A stretch of DNA of 64,000 nt from Parcubacteria group bacterium Greene0416_39 (GTDB taxonomy: Bacteria > Patescibacteriota > Minisyncoccia > Minisyncoccales > UBA10102): contig VMEU01000001.1 in NCBI GenBank assembly GCA_007375675.1, forward strand, positions 40,458-104,457, in the 5' to 3' direction. The first letter of the stretch is position 1. Each line of letters starts with the position of its first letter. The translations under genes were made by a program, and so were the position numbers. Positions 63,108 to 64,000 of the stretch are shown here, one piece after another. The notes beneath the pieces are model-generated. The model saw nothing but the letters and a program-made list of their open reading frames with translations. It was not told the DNA's origin and searched no databases.

Positions 63108-63617
63108 ATGCAATCTATACAAAAAAAGGGGTTTACCCAAGCACCACTTTTTTGCAAAAAAGGTGGTGCTGGGTTTACGTTGATTGAACTGCTCGTTGTT
63201 ATTGCGATTATTGGCATATTGGCAGGAATTGTCCTTGTTTCTCTTGGAGGTGCTCGTACTTCAGCCAGAGACGCAAAACGGCAGGCAGACATAAGGGGCG
63301 TGAACACCGCAATGGTGTTGTGCTATGACGATGCAAACTGCGGAGCTGCGCAAGCGTACATTCAGTCAGTAGCAGCGCCGGCAGCCATTGGAACGCACCT
63401 TACACCCATGCCCAAAGATCCCGGGAGCGGCAACCCAGCATACGGCTGGGTGAACAACACTGCCACAGGAACCAACACCACCCAGTCATACTGTTCGTAC
63501 GCAATTCTTGAACGGACTTCTGGAACCGCGGGAAATGAATGGTACTTTTTTTCCGATCCCAAGGGCGTGAGAGAGTCAGACCAGGCAGCTCCTCCAACAA
63601 CCACGCCTTGCAACTAA
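63108..63617 (+). CDS. Type IV pilin paralog 3 (divergent globular domain)
   Basis: KKGGAG|FTLIELLVVIAIIGILAGIVLVSL. Confidence 0.75.
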   Translation: MQSIQKKGFTQAPLFCKKGGAGFTLIELLVVIAIIGILAGIVLVSLGGARTSARDAKRQADIRGVNTAMVLCYDDANCGAAQAYIQSVAAPAAIGTHLTPMPKDPGSGNPAYGWVNNTATGTNTTQSYCSYAILERTSGTAGNEWYFFSDPKGVRESDQAAPPTTTPCN

Positions 63618-63658
63618 TCGTATTACGATAACTAAGTTTATCGCACTACTATACAGGA

Positions 63659-63684
63659 GACGCCCCTCACGGGGCGTTTTCTCG
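63659..63684 (+). terminator. Intrinsic terminator after the pilin genes
   Basis: GACGCCCC-TCAC-GGGGCG + TTTTCTC. Confidence 0.6.
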
Positions 63685-63726
63685 TGTCCCCATGCCTCTG
63701 TCTATTTATCCTTAAGCCGAGCTTAG

Positions 63727-63760
63727 TTATCCACACCTAAGCTCGGCTTAGTTATCCACA
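63727..63760 (+). promoter_or_regulatory. Two perfect direct-repeat DnaA boxes (TTATCCACA) embedded in an inverted repeat, overlapping the pilD promoter
   Basis: TTATCCACA at 63727-63735 and 63752-63760, each preceded by AAGCCGAGCTT / AAGCTCGGCTT arms. TATAAT at 63768-63773 and ATG at 63780 (near-leaderless). Confidence 0.55.
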
Positions 63761-63779
63761 TAAGAGGTATAATGAAAGA

Positions 63780-64000
63780 ATGATTTCTTTTGCAGTTTTT
63801 GTATTTGGGTTGGCTATTGGAAGTTTTTTGAACGCGGTTATCTATCGTTTGGAAAGAGGAGAAAGCGCGTTCCGCGGCAGATCGTACTGCCCCCGTTGCA
63901 AACATACGCTCGCTTGGCACGACTTAGTTCCCGTTGTGAGCTTTCTTTTCTTGCAAGGCAAATGCAGATACTGCAAAGAAAAGATTTCCTGGCAATATCC
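63780..64000 (+). CDS. pilD: Prepilin peptidase PilD (A24 family), 3'-truncated by the window end
   Basis: MISFAVFVFGLAIGSFLNAVIYRL...CPRCKHTLAWHDLVPVVSFLFLQGKCRYC is the N-terminal zinc-binding domain of prepilin peptidases. Confidence 0.75.
   Translation, partial: MISFAVFVFGLAIGSFLNAVIYRLERGESAFRGRSYCPRCKHTLAWHDLVPVVSFLFLQGKCRYCKEKISWQY

Noticed and set aside
62046-63110. Repeat-spacer appearance of the pilin region (could be mistaken for a CRISPR array)
   Set aside because: The repeat units are ~530 bp and encode prepilins; there are no short direct repeats with unique spacers.
1-64000. Alternative genetic code (UGA as Gly, as in SR1/Gracilibacteria)
   Set aside because: Long conserved genes (nrdJ, gyrA, ftsH, valS, recG) are uninterrupted under the standard table, and several genes terminate at TGA next to plausible downstream starts.

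Overview
This 64-kb window looks like a small, streamlined genome, consistent with a CPR/Patescibacteria-type bacterium (inferred from gene content only). Standard genetic code; TGA is a stop. It is dense in housekeeping genes: rny, infB, rbfA, rplS, rpsA, valS, tsaD, recG, ftsH, gyrA and nrdR-nrdJ. It carries two paralogous type IV pilus clusters: roughly 4.9-14.6 kb (pilB/pilC/pseudopilins/pilM/pilN/pilO) and 55.0-64.0 kb (pilM/N/O/B/T/C, three pilins, pilD). About 21 tRNA genes are present. Three essential genes are interrupted by inteins: nrdJ, ftsH and gyrA. tRNA-Phe(GAA) carries a 210-nt group I intron with recognisable P, Q, R and S elements. One tRNA-Arg(GCG) gene sits nested between the separated halves of another tRNA-like gene. 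Free-standing LAGLIDADG-type endonuclease genes lie next to both unusual tRNA loci. Three families of non-coding repeats are not explained by any gene: a ~100-120-nt structured element beside tRNA genes (3 copies); an ~85-nt quasi-palindromic GCGAAT/ATTCGC-rich element that exactly fills stop-to-start gaps (4 copies, both orientations); and a conserved inverted-repeat leader upstream of pilM in both pilus clusters. Perfect DnaA boxes sit in the nrdR and pilD promoters. The most unusual protein is a 1141-aa secreted repeat protein ending in two tandem VirB2/TrbC-like double-helix modules, followed by a 115-aa stand-alone paralog of that module. All calls come from reading the sequence and the ORF translations; no database search was possible.
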